DNA of 64,000 bases from a bacterium (GTDB lineage: Bacteria > Bacillota_I > Bacilli_A > RF39 > UBA660): contig JAHZBE010000001.1 in assembly GCA_019423565.1 (NCBI GenBank), positions 189,944-253,943 on the forward strand, given 5' to 3'. The notes under the pieces were generated by a model. It saw only the letters and a program-made list of their open reading frames with translations. It made no database searches and had not been told where the DNA came from. The position numbers and the translations under genes are program-made. Positions 29,534-37,583 of this stretch are shown piece by piece; within the stretch, counting starts at the first letter, position 1, and the number at the start of each line of letters is the position of its first letter.

Positions 29534-30619
29534 TTATGCTTCGTAATATTTATAAATATTTATTCCTTCTTCTTGAACTTGTTCTCTTGTTTTTACATCA
29601 ATTTTGCATTTTGTAAGTCTTGCGGCAAGTTTAACATTTTGTCCTTTTTTACCAATTGCTAATGATAAATTATCTCCTTCTGCAACTGCTAATGCTTCAC
29701 TTTTCTTATCATCTAATATATATACTTCAACATCTTTTGCTGGAGATAAGGCATTTTTAATAAATTGAACTAAATCTTTGCTATACTCTACAACATCAAT
29801 TTTTTCACCGTTAAGTTCCTTAGAAATATTATTAATTCTTATTCCTTTTTCACCAATGCAAGCACCTACTGCATCTACTTTTTCATTTTCTGAATAAACT
29901 GCTATCTTGCTTCTGCTTCCTGGGTCTCTTGCAACGCTATAAAGAATAACTATTCCTTCATTTAATTCTGGAATTTCTTTTTCTAATAATCTTTTTACAA
30001 ATCCATAATGACTTCTTGAAAGAAGTATAACTGGGCCACCTTTTTGACCAAGTTCTATTTTTGAAACATATACTTTAACTTGTGAACCCATTACTAATTC
30101 TTCACCAGGAATTATTTCTGATTTTGGAAGGATTCCGTGTGCTCTACCAAGATCTACATAATAATTTTGTTTATCTTCTCTTGCTAAAGTACCTACCATT
30201 AATTCTCCTTCTTTGTCTTCGAATTCTTTCATGATGCTTTCTCTTTCTGCTTCACGAACTTTTTGTGTAAATACTTGTTTACAAGTTGATGCTGCTACTC
30301 TACCAAAATCTTTTGGTGTTACTTCTTCTTCAATAACATCTCCTACTTTTAAATGGTTAGGGTTATCTCCTAATTCTTCTAGTAAGATTTGTGCATCTTC
30401 TTCATCTTCCATATTTATTTCGTCAACAACTACCTTGTATGCAACTACTTTTATTTCTCCTGTTTTTCTATCTATTTTTACTTTACTATTTGTTGCATTA
30501 TTATTTTTTTTGAAAGCTGCATGAAGTGCTGTTTCCATATACTCAAATATTTCATCTTCACTAATGCCTCTTTCTTTTGCAAGGGCTTTAACTGCTCTTA
30601 TAAAATCTAATCCGTTCAT
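29534..30619 (-). CDS. nusA: Transcription termination/antitermination factor NusA
   Basis: NTD, S1 and two KH domains by pattern. AAGGAGGAG SD before the ATG at 30619. Confidence 0.95.
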   Translation of the reverse strand: MNGLDFIRAVKALAKERGISEDEIFEYMETALHAAFKKNNNATNSKVKIDRKTGEIKVVAYKVVVDEINMEDEEDAQILLEELGDNPNHLKVGDVIEEEVTPKDFGRVAASTCKQVFTQKVREAERESIMKEFEDKEGELMVGTLAREDKQNYYVDLGRAHGILPKSEIIPGEELVMGSQVKVYVSKIELGQKGGPVILLSRSHYGFVKRLLEKEIPELNEGIVILYSVARDPGSRSKIAVYSENEKVDAVGACIGEKGIRINNISKELNGEKIDVVEYSKDLVQFIKNALSPAKDVEVYILDDKKSEALAVAEGDNLSLAIGKKGQNVKLAARLTKCKIDVKTREQVQEEGINIYKYYEA

Positions 30620-30620
30620 C

Positions 30621-30863
30621 TTATTCTCCTCCTTTTGAGCATACATTTAATACATAACTTTCTTCTATTAAATCTGCTTTGTCTAATATTGGATTAACTA
30701 TATTAGTTGCAAGCACACATGTATCTATATCAACATATGGCTTTTTATCTATAATTATATATAGATTTTTTACTCCTTCTTCATCTTCATATAAAACATC
30801 TACAATGTCTATATTTTCTTTTTTTAATGGTTCAACTAACATCTCTTTTATTTTTTCAAGCAT
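30621..30863 (-). CDS. rimP: RimP, N-terminal domain only (80 aa)
   Basis: Collinear with the RimP N-domain up to YVLNVCSKGGE (equivalent to YxLEVSSPGxE). The stop lies 1 nt before the nusA ATG. Confidence 0.65.
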   Translation of the reverse strand: MLEKIKEMLVEPLKKENIDIVDVLYEDEEGVKNLYIIIDKKPYVDIDTCVLATNIVNPILDKADLIEESYVLNVCSKGGE

Positions 30864-31004
30864 ATATACCTCCCATTATATATAAAGAGCGAGGTTTTTT
30901 GCCTCACTCTTTGCTGATGAGTTAATTATATCATAATTTTTTAACTTTTACACCCTTTTGAGCGATTTTTTTGTTATAATTATAAAGAAAGTAGTGATAA
31001 AAAC

Positions 31005-31688
31005 ATGAATAAAGATAAATATATTAAAATTACAAAGAATGTGATTATGTTCTTTATGTATTTTTTGTGGCAAATAGTACCTATACTTTTTTTAGAAGTT
31101 ATGGGACTTGATTCTAGTAAATTTAACTTATTTCAAAAAAATTTATATTTAATTTTGTCAAATCTATCATATTTAATTATTGTTGTTTTGGTCTATTATA
31201 AGGAATTAAAACTAGATTTTAAAAAATATAAGAAAAACTTTAAAGAAATCTTTATAAAATATTTGCCAGTTTATGTTCTAGGAGTTGTATTAATGGGAGT
31301 TACTAATACAATTATTTCTGAATTTACAAATATGAATATTCCAAGTAATGAATCAAGTGTAAGAGAATATATAAAATTACTTCCTATATATATGAGTTTT
31401 TCAACGGTAATTTATGCGCCTATTGTAGAAGAAATTACATTTAGAAAAATTATAAAAAATGTAGTAGATAATAAATATTTATTTGTAATAGTAAGTGGGG
31501 TTATGTTTGGACTGGTACATTTAAATATCAATCCTAGTATAAATGACTATTTAATGATTATTCCTTATATTATTATGGGGCTTGATTTTGCTTATATTTA
31601 TAGTAAAACAGACACAATTTTTTCTACTATTGGATTTCACATGTTACATAATTTAATACTTTTAATTATTCAGTTTATTGGAGGTTAA
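31005..31688 (+). CDS. CPBP-family intramembrane glutamic endopeptidase (CAAX protease)
   Basis: EEITFR, FGLVH and HMLHN motifs in a polytopic protein. Confidence 0.8.
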   Translation: MNKDKYIKITKNVIMFFMYFLWQIVPILFLEVMGLDSSKFNLFQKNLYLILSNLSYLIIVVLVYYKELKLDFKKYKKNFKEIFIKYLPVYVLGVVLMGVTNTIISEFTNMNIPSNESSVREYIKLLPIYMSFSTVIYAPIVEEITFRKIIKNVVDNKYLFVIVSGVMFGLVHLNINPSINDYLMIIPYIIMGLDFAYIYSKTDTIFSTIGFHMLHNLILLIIQFIGG

Positions 31689-31689
31689 T

Positions 31690-32637
31690 ATGAAGAAGAA
31701 AAAAAAGAATAAAATGGATGATACATCATATGATATTGAAATAAAATATTCCGATGATTTTTTAGATGAAGACGATGATAATGATGATGAGTTTACTAAC
31801 GAAGAAAAAAGAAAACCAAGTATTTTTAGAAAAATATTTTTTGCACTTATATTAATTATTGCACTAACTATAATATACTCTAGATATATTGCAACAAGTG
31901 GTCTTACTATAAAAGAATATCCAATAGAAAGTGATTGTATAACAGAATCGATTAATGGATTTAAAATTGCACACTTTTCAGATGTACATTATGGTAGAGT
32001 AATAAAATTAGATGAACTAAAAAATTTAGTCAAAGAAATTAATCTAACTAATCCTGATATTGTTGTATTTACTGGAGATTTAGTTGATAAAACAAAGAAG
32101 TTAAGTGATAATGATATTAACAATATAATCACAGAATTATCAAAAATAAATAGTAAGTATGGAAAATATTATGTTACGGGGGAACATGATGTTAAATTAG
32201 ATAAGTATTATGAAATTATGGATTCAGCCGGTTTTAATAATTTAGATAACAAATTTGATATTATATATAAAGATATAAATAGTTCAATTTTAATAACCGG
32301 TCTTTCTGTTAAGCCAGATGAAAGTTTTATTGATAAAGTTATAAATGAAAATAAAGTAAATTATAAGATAAATATTATGCACTATCCTGATGAATTTGAC
32401 AATATAAAAAAATATAACTATGATTTAGTACTTGCCGGTCACTCACATAATGGACAAATTGCATTACCTGTTTATGGAGCAGTTATTACTCCAGAAAATG
32501 CTAAAGAATACTACAAGCCATATTATAAAATAGATAATACTTTATTTTATATATCAAGTGGTGTGGGTACTACAAAATTTGATTATAGATTTTTGAATAA
32601 ACCATCATTTAATCTTTATAGAATATTAAAAAAATAG
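31690..32637 (+). CDS. Membrane-anchored metallophosphoesterase (YkuE-like)
   Basis: HFSDVHYG, GDLVD and GHSHNGQ motifs. GGAGG lies 5 nt before the ATG at 31690. Confidence 0.8.
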   Translation: MKKKKKNKMDDTSYDIEIKYSDDFLDEDDDNDDEFTNEEKRKPSIFRKIFFALILIIALTIIYSRYIATSGLTIKEYPIESDCITESINGFKIAHFSDVHYGRVIKLDELKNLVKEINLTNPDIVVFTGDLVDKTKKLSDNDINNIITELSKINSKYGKYYVTGEHDVKLDKYYEIMDSAGFNNLDNKFDIIYKDINSSILITGLSVKPDESFIDKVINENKVNYKINIMHYPDEFDNIKKYNYDLVLAGHSHNGQIALPVYGAVITPENAKEYYKPYYKIDNTLFYISSGVGTTKFDYRFLNKPSFNLYRILKK

Positions 32638-32646
32638 GAATAAATC

Positions 32647-33003
32647 CTATTTTTTTAGTTCTTCAATATATTTAAGTAATGTTTTTGCATTTGGTCCTAA
32701 TATAATTTTTAATTGATTGTCAATTTCAACTATACCTTTTGCACCCATTTTTTGAATTGCTTCTTTATTAACTTTCGATACATCATTAAGTGTTACTTTA
32801 AATCTGGACATATTAACTTCCATCGCAATAATATTATCTTTACCACCTAAATAATCCACTAACTTATTTGATTCTATGTAAAAGTCCTTTTTGTTTGCTT
32901 TTAACACTATTATTACTATAAAAACTAGCACTGCAAAAATTATTAAATATTGATAATTCATTATGTTCATATCAATTAAATATTCAAAATTCATTATATT
33001 CAT
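32647..33003 (-). CDS. Membrane-anchored PTS EIIB(Glc)-like domain lacking the active-site Cys
   Basis: LGGKDNIIAMEVNMSRFKVTLND..GAKGIVEIDNQLKIILGP parallels GGxxNI..CxTRLR..GakGv..vQvIiGp. AGGTGA SD before the ATG at 33003. Confidence 0.6.
   Translation of the reverse strand: MNIMNFEYLIDMNIMNYQYLIIFAVLVFIVIIVLKANKKDFYIESNKLVDYLGGKDNIIAMEVNMSRFKVTLNDVSKVNKEAIQKMGAKGIVEIDNQLKIILGPNAKTLLKYIEELKK
32938..33003 (-). repeat. Imperfect 33-nt tandem duplication at the 5' end of the EIIB-like gene
   Basis: ATGAATATAATGAATTTTGAATATTTAATT / ATGAACATAATGAATTATCAATATTTAATA, encoding MNIMNFEYLI / MNIMNYQYLI. Confidence 0.7.
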
Positions 33004-33123
33004 ACTAATCACCTATTATAATTATACTATAATTTATCAAAAAAACAAGCAATAAACCTACACTTTTAATAAACTTACGAATATTCTATAGTAGAAAATA
33101 TAATAAAAGGGGTGGAATATATT

Positions 33124-33522
33124 ATGTGTAAAAACAATTGTAACTGCATTAGTGATATATTAAAAGTTATTTATTTATTACAAAAAAATGCTGATCAAGA
33201 GGAAGATTGTATTTTAAGTTGTGACAAACCTAGCTTAGGCCAATTCTCATGCTTATATTACAATACAAGACCAGTTATGCTTTATACTTGTATGAGTAAT
33301 GGTGCAACTCCATGGAGCGCACCAACATCTAGAGTTGCAGAACCAACTACTACTTCGTCAGTATTTAGAGTTGAAAAAATAGATAACTGCTGCTGCACAT
33401 TTAGAGTTTTAATCGCAAACGAAGATGGAACATACACTGCAACTGAATCATTCTTTACAATGAACTTAGAATGTATTTGTAGTATTAGATGTTTAGGTGA
33501 TACATTTATAGAAAATGTTTAG
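33124..33522 (+). CDS. CotY/CotZ-family spore coat (crust/exosporium) protein
   Basis: CNCISDILKVI..., FRVEKIDNCCCTFRVL and LECICSIRCL resemble the CotY/CotZ cysteine pattern. GGGGTGG SD. Confidence 0.65.
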   Translation: MCKNNCNCISDILKVIYLLQKNADQEEDCILSCDKPSLGQFSCLYYNTRPVMLYTCMSNGATPWSAPTSRVAEPTTTSSVFRVEKIDNCCCTFRVLIANEDGTYTATESFFTMNLECICSIRCLGDTFIENV

Positions 33523-33851
33523 TCTAAAAAGTCAATTTGGCTTATTTTACTAACATCTATAAGTTCATCATCTATCGTTATAAGACTATTATTGGTTCTT
33601 CCAATGATAGTCTTTTCTTGTGTGGTTCCATCAGTTAATTTTATTGATACATTTGCTTTGTAAACAAAATTTGGTGATGAAAATACATCTTTTATTTGTC
33701 TATTAACGCTTTTACCATTAAGGTTTGTTCTTTGTTCTTTATTAATTTCTTCTTTTTTTTCTTGTAAACTACTTGATACTAATGACTGTTTTTGATTTTG
33801 ATTAGTATTTTTTACTATCCCCTTATAAATATTTGGTAATTTCTTTTTCAT
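33519..33851 (-). CDS. Hypothetical protein (110 aa), convergent with the cotY/Z-like gene
   Basis: ORF with a polar N-terminus and a beta-rich C-terminus. Function unknown. Confidence 0.45.
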   Translation of the reverse strand: MKKKLPNIYKGIVKNTNQNQKQSLVSSSLQEKKEEINKEQRTNLNGKSVNRQIKDVFSSPNFVYKANVSIKLTDGTTQEKTIIGRTNNSLITIDDELIDVSKISQIDFLD

Positions 33852-33934
33852 TTTAACACTCCTTTTTATAAATTTTATGCTTAATGTGACAAATATTTAC
33901 CAAATAATTGTTTATACTAAAAATGGTGATTTAT

Positions 33935-35053
33935 ATGGAAAAAGATAAAAAAAGATTTTATTTGAATACAAAGATTGTTATTATTATATTAATATTTATG
34001 ATTATAAGTTTACTTAGTATATATAGTAGTCAAAAATTATTATCTTCAAGTTATAACAATTTATACATAAAGCAGTTAATATGGTATGTTATTGGATTCA
34101 TTATTATGTGGATAATTTATAAATCAAAGAATACATTTATATATGATCACTCTTTTTTGCTCTATATAATCGGTAATATTTTACTTGTACTGGTTTTGTT
34201 TATCGGAACTGAATCAAATGGTGCAAAATGTTGGTTTAAAATACCAGGAATTGGATATTTTCAACCAAGTGAATTTGTTAAAATATTTATGATTTTAGTC
34301 CTCGCTAATATATTAGATAGATTTAATAAAGAACATAAAAAAAATACATTCAAAAATGAATTGAAAGTTATTTCAAAATCTTTTTTGATTGTTTTGGGGC
34401 CCTCTATTCTTGCATTTCTAGAACCGGATACAGGTATAATATTCATTTTTTTGTCTATTTTAATGGTAATACTTTTTTCTTCTGGAATAAGACTTAGATG
34501 GTTCATATGCTTTTTTATTATAGTTGGTGGGTTACTTTCTGGATTTCTTGTTTTGTTCTTTAACTATAAAGATCTTTTTATAAGTATATTTGGTACTAAC
34601 TTTTTTTATAGAATGGACAGACTTTTAGATTGGAAGAATGGAGCGGGAATGCAACTAACTAATGCACTTGCTGCGACAGGTAGTGCAGGACTTTTTGGAT
34701 ACGGTTTTGGTAATACTCCAATATATTTTCCAGAGCCTCAGACAGATTTTATTTTTTCTGTTTTCACAAGTAATTTTGGTTTTATTCCTGCGCTGGTATT
34801 AATTTTACTTATTTTATATTTTGATATGCAAATAATTAAAGTAGCACTTTCCAAAACAGGAAAATATAGATATATCGTGTGTGGAATTTTGGCAATGCTT
34901 TTATTTCAACAAATTCAGAATATAGGAATGAATATAGGTTTGTTACCAATAACTGGTATAACTTTACCTTTTATAAGTTATGGAGGGTCAAGTTTAATGA
35001 GTTATATGATTGTTATTGGGATAATATTAAACATAAGCTCCACAAAAGTATAA
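33935..35053 (+). CDS. SEDS-family glycosyltransferase (FtsW/RodA/SpoVE)
   Basis: Polytopic protein. Motifs QPSEFVKI, EPDTG and LPFISYGGSS. Confidence 0.9.
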   Translation: MEKDKKRFYLNTKIVIIILIFMIISLLSIYSSQKLLSSSYNNLYIKQLIWYVIGFIIMWIIYKSKNTFIYDHSFLLYIIGNILLVLVLFIGTESNGAKCWFKIPGIGYFQPSEFVKIFMILVLANILDRFNKEHKKNTFKNELKVISKSFLIVLGPSILAFLEPDTGIIFIFLSILMVILFSSGIRLRWFICFFIIVGGLLSGFLVLFFNYKDLFISIFGTNFFYRMDRLLDWKNGAGMQLTNALAATGSAGLFGYGFGNTPIYFPEPQTDFIFSVFTSNFGFIPALVLILLILYFDMQIIKVALSKTGKYRYIVCGILAMLLFQQIQNIGMNIGLLPITGITLPFISYGGSSLMSYMIVIGIILNISSTKV

Positions 35054-35095
35054 AAAAAGTGTACAATTTTAATAATTATGTACACTTTTTCTTTT
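35052..35095. terminator. Rho-independent terminator after the SEDS gene
   Basis: AGTGTACA-13 nt-TGTACACT flanked by an A-run and a T-run. Confidence 0.6.
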
Positions 35096-35138
35096 AGTAT
35101 TAAAAAAATCCCTAATGAATAAGGATTAATTAACATTA

Positions 35139-35215
35139 TGGTGGAGCTTAGGGGACTCGAACCCCTGACCCTCTGCGTGCAAGGCAGATGCTCTAGCCAA
35201 CTGAGCTAAAGCCCC
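35139..35215 (-). tRNA. tRNA-Ala(UGC)
   Basis: GGGGCTTTAGCTCAG..., anticodon loop CTTGCAC, G3:U70, encoded CCA. Confidence 0.95.
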
Positions 35216-35276
35216 AAGACTACTTGCAAAAAATCATTGCAAATAGATTATAGCATATTAACTATACAAAAGTCAA

Positions 35277-35600
35277 CTAGTTATTTTCACTTAATTTACT
35301 TTCTACTACTTTACATAGTCTATCAAACTCATCTTCATCATCAATGCTTACAAGCATATCACCTTCATCAGTAGTTTGAATTTCAAATATATAATAACTT
35401 TCTCCATCATCTAAATCACTTACAATTGCATAACTTTTGTCGTTATCATCAAATGATCCAACAACTTGAACATTTACCTTTTCACCGTTAACATCTTCCA
35501 TTTCAAGTACCATTGGTTCATCATGGCAGCAATCACAAGAATCATCACAATGTTCTTTGTCGCAACCACATTCACATTTTTTTTCTTCTATATTTTCCAT
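35277..35600 (-). CDS. DUF1292 (UPF0473)-like protein with a Cys/His/Asp-rich N-terminal extension
   Basis: CECGCDKEHCDDSCDCCHDE followed by a DUF1292-type body (EMEDVNGEKV...SYAIV...DDEDEFDRL). TGGTATAAT and GGAGGG precede the ATG at 35600. Confidence 0.6.
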   Translation of the reverse strand: MENIEEKKCECGCDKEHCDDSCDCCHDEPMVLEMEDVNGEKVNVQVVGSFDDNDKSYAIVSDLDDGESYYIFEIQTTDEGDMLVSIDDEDEFDRLCKVVESKLSENN

Positions 35601-35676
35601 TTTTCCCTCCACAATATGTATTATACCATAAAGAATATAAATATTATACATAATAAAAAAATATTTTTAAACTGTA

Positions 35677-35961
35677 CTATCTTTTATAAATTCTTCCTGA
35701 CATTTTTCCAAAATCATTTGAACTTAAATGATCTGGTTTTAACAACAAATATGGTTCAATTTCTAGTGCATTAGCAATTGCTTCTATTTTACTAAGACTT
35801 GGAGAAAATTTTCCTCTTTCCAATGCACTAATATATTTTGCTGTTAAATTAGAAAGCTCAGCAAGTTGCTCCTGGGTATAATTTTTGTTAAACCTATACC
35901 ATTTCAAATTTATCGCAAAACATTCCTTTAATATATACTTGTCTAAAGTACTTACATTCAT
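35677..35961 (-). CDS. XRE-family HTH regulator (C-protein-like size)
   Basis: YTQEQLAELSNLTAKYISALERGKFSPSLSKIEAIANALEIEP. Confidence 0.8.
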   Translation of the reverse strand: MNVSTLDKYILKECFAINLKWYRFNKNYTQEQLAELSNLTAKYISALERGKFSPSLSKIEAIANALEIEPYLLLKPDHLSSNDFGKMSGRIYKR

Positions 35962-35979
35962 AACATCACCACTTTTAAT

Positions 35980-35991
35980 TAAGTATACTTA
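35980..35991. promoter_or_regulatory. Perfect 12-bp palindrome, candidate operator in a divergent control region
   Basis: TAAGTATACTTA lies 19 nt upstream of the XRE ATG and overlaps a TATACT -10-like hexamer. Confidence 0.4.
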
Positions 35992-36057
35992 TATTTTTTA
36001 TTAATAACACCTAGTCAAAAGCGATATAATTTGTTATAATTATACTGGTGGTTAACA

Positions 36058-36288
36058 ATGAATAAAAAAAGCATTGAAAATGAAGCAAAAAGAATTTCAA
36101 ATGAACTTCTTAAAAAAAATAATTATAATGAAAGTTTTGATGACCTTATTAATTCTTTGATTAAAAAAAAATATATTAATAACATTTCTACTATTTCATA
36201 TAATGTTACAAAAAACATGTCAAGTTATATTGAAATTGTATCAATTAATCCTTTTGTCTATAATTATTACAAAAATCTCAAAAAATGA
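36058..36288 (+). CDS. Hypothetical 76-aa protein
   Basis: TGTTATAAT extended -10, GGTGG SD, and its own hairpin terminator (ATCTCA-aaaa-TGAGAT plus T-run) over the stop codon. Confidence 0.45.
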   Translation: MNKKSIENEAKRISNELLKKNNYNESFDDLINSLIKKKYINNISTISYNVTKNMSSYIEIVSINPFVYNYYKNLKK

Positions 36289-36356
36289 GATTTTTTTGTT
36301 TTTTTAGGGGATTTTGTATAACCTATGGATAATAAAATATATAGGAGGAAATTTTT

Positions 36357-37094
36357 ATGAATAGTGATATATTAGCATTAAAAGAAAAACTTGATAAAAT
36401 TAAAAATTTAGGATGGATAGAATGTAAAAATAAAAATAAAAGTGTAACAGGAAAAACTCTTGAAAATTTACTAGAAATAAATCCTGATAATTTTGAAATA
36501 CCTGATTATAATACAATTGAGATTAAATCAAAAGTGAGTAAAAGAGAAAATTATATTGATTTATTTTGCGCAACACCAGATAGTTATGTACTTGAAACGA
36601 AAAGACTATATGATAAATATAGTTACTTAGATAGTAATAATTATAAAATTCTTAATTTTGTTTTATATGGGGAATTTTTGAAACCAATAAATAATGAATA
36701 TTCTGCAAAATTAAGAATCGATTACAAAAATAAAAAAGTAATAATGGAAGTATATAATAAAGATAATGAATTGATAGACAATTTATCATCATGGTCTTTT
36801 GAATTGTTAGAAGAAAAATTATGTAGGAAATTAAATTATGTATGTTTAGTAGAGGGTGACAAAAAATTTTCACATAATGTACTATATGTTAGATACGACA
36901 AATATAAGTTTTATAAATTAAAAAAATTCAGTAATTTCATCCGATTATTAAAACGAGGACAGATTAGAATATCATTTACACTAGGAGTATATAAAAGTGG
37001 TATTAAATCAGGTAAAATGCATGATCATGGAACACAATTTAGTATAAGAAAAGAAAATTTAAAACTTTTATTTGATGAAATTGAACTAGAATAA
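36357..37094 (+). CDS. MutH/Sau3AI/MvaI-BcnI-superfamily PD-(D/E)XK endonuclease
   Basis: 245 aa. GKTLENLLEI..., P-D50-YNTI-E55-I-K57 (D-x4-E-x-K) and C-terminal GKMHDHGTQFSIRKENL. AGGAGG SD. Confidence 0.6.
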   Translation: MNSDILALKEKLDKIKNLGWIECKNKNKSVTGKTLENLLEINPDNFEIPDYNTIEIKSKVSKRENYIDLFCATPDSYVLETKRLYDKYSYLDSNNYKILNFVLYGEFLKPINNEYSAKLRIDYKNKKVIMEVYNKDNELIDNLSSWSFELLEEKLCRKLNYVCLVEGDKKFSHNVLYVRYDKYKFYKLKKFSNFIRLLKRGQIRISFTLGVYKSGIKSGKMHDHGTQFSIRKENLKLLFDEIELE

Positions 37095-37141
37095 TTTAAG
37101 AAACAAAAGGTCAGGTCAGTTTGATAAATGTTTTGGGACAG

Positions 37142-37164
37142 AAAAAAACAGACTATAAAGTCTG
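37142..37164 (-). terminator. Terminator of the Asp-Phe-Arg-Pro tRNA operon
   Basis: CAGACT-ttat-AGTCTG followed by T7 on the minus strand. Confidence 0.55.
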
Positions 37165-37177
37165 CTTGATTACTAAA

Positions 37178-37254
37178 TGGTCGGGAAGACAGGATTTGAA
37201 CCTGCAACCTCATGGTCCCAAACCATGTGCACTGCCAAGTTGTGCTACTTCCCG
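37178..37254 (-). tRNA. tRNA-Pro(UGG)
   Basis: CGGGAAGTAGC..., anticodon loop TTTGGGA, CCA encoded. Confidence 0.95.
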
Positions 37255-37262
37255 ATAATATA

Positions 37263-37339
<77 letters not shown>

Positions 37340-37364
37340 ATTCATCGGACCTAATAAACATAAA

Positions 37365-37440
<76 letters not shown>

Positions 37441-37451
37441 AAAAAAAATAA

Positions 37452-37527
37452 TGGCGGTTCCGACGGGACTTGAACCCGCGATCTTCTGCGTGACAGGCAG
37501 ACGTGTTAACCACTACACCACAGAACC
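37452..37527 (-). tRNA. tRNA-Asp(GUC)
   Basis: GGTTCTGTGGTGTAGTGG..., anticodon loop CTGTCAC, CCA encoded. Confidence 0.95.
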
Positions 37528-37550
37528 AGAAATACTCAAATTGCTATTTA

Positions 37551-37580
37551 AGTATACTAAATTTTTGGGGTAATTGTCAA
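37551..37580 (-). promoter_or_regulatory. Putative promoter of the Asp-Phe-Arg-Pro tRNA operon
   Basis: TTGACA-18 nt-TATACT on the minus strand, about 25 nt upstream of tRNA-Asp. Confidence 0.5.
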
Positions 37581-37583
37581 CAC

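Noticed and set aside
35216-37177. Classical tRNA-integrated genomic island with att repeats around the nuclease islet
   Set aside because: I looked for a duplicated copy of the tRNA-Pro 3' end (..CAGGATTTGAACC..GTCGGGAAG..) at the far boundary and for an integrase gene and found neither. The islet may be old or not integrase-borne.
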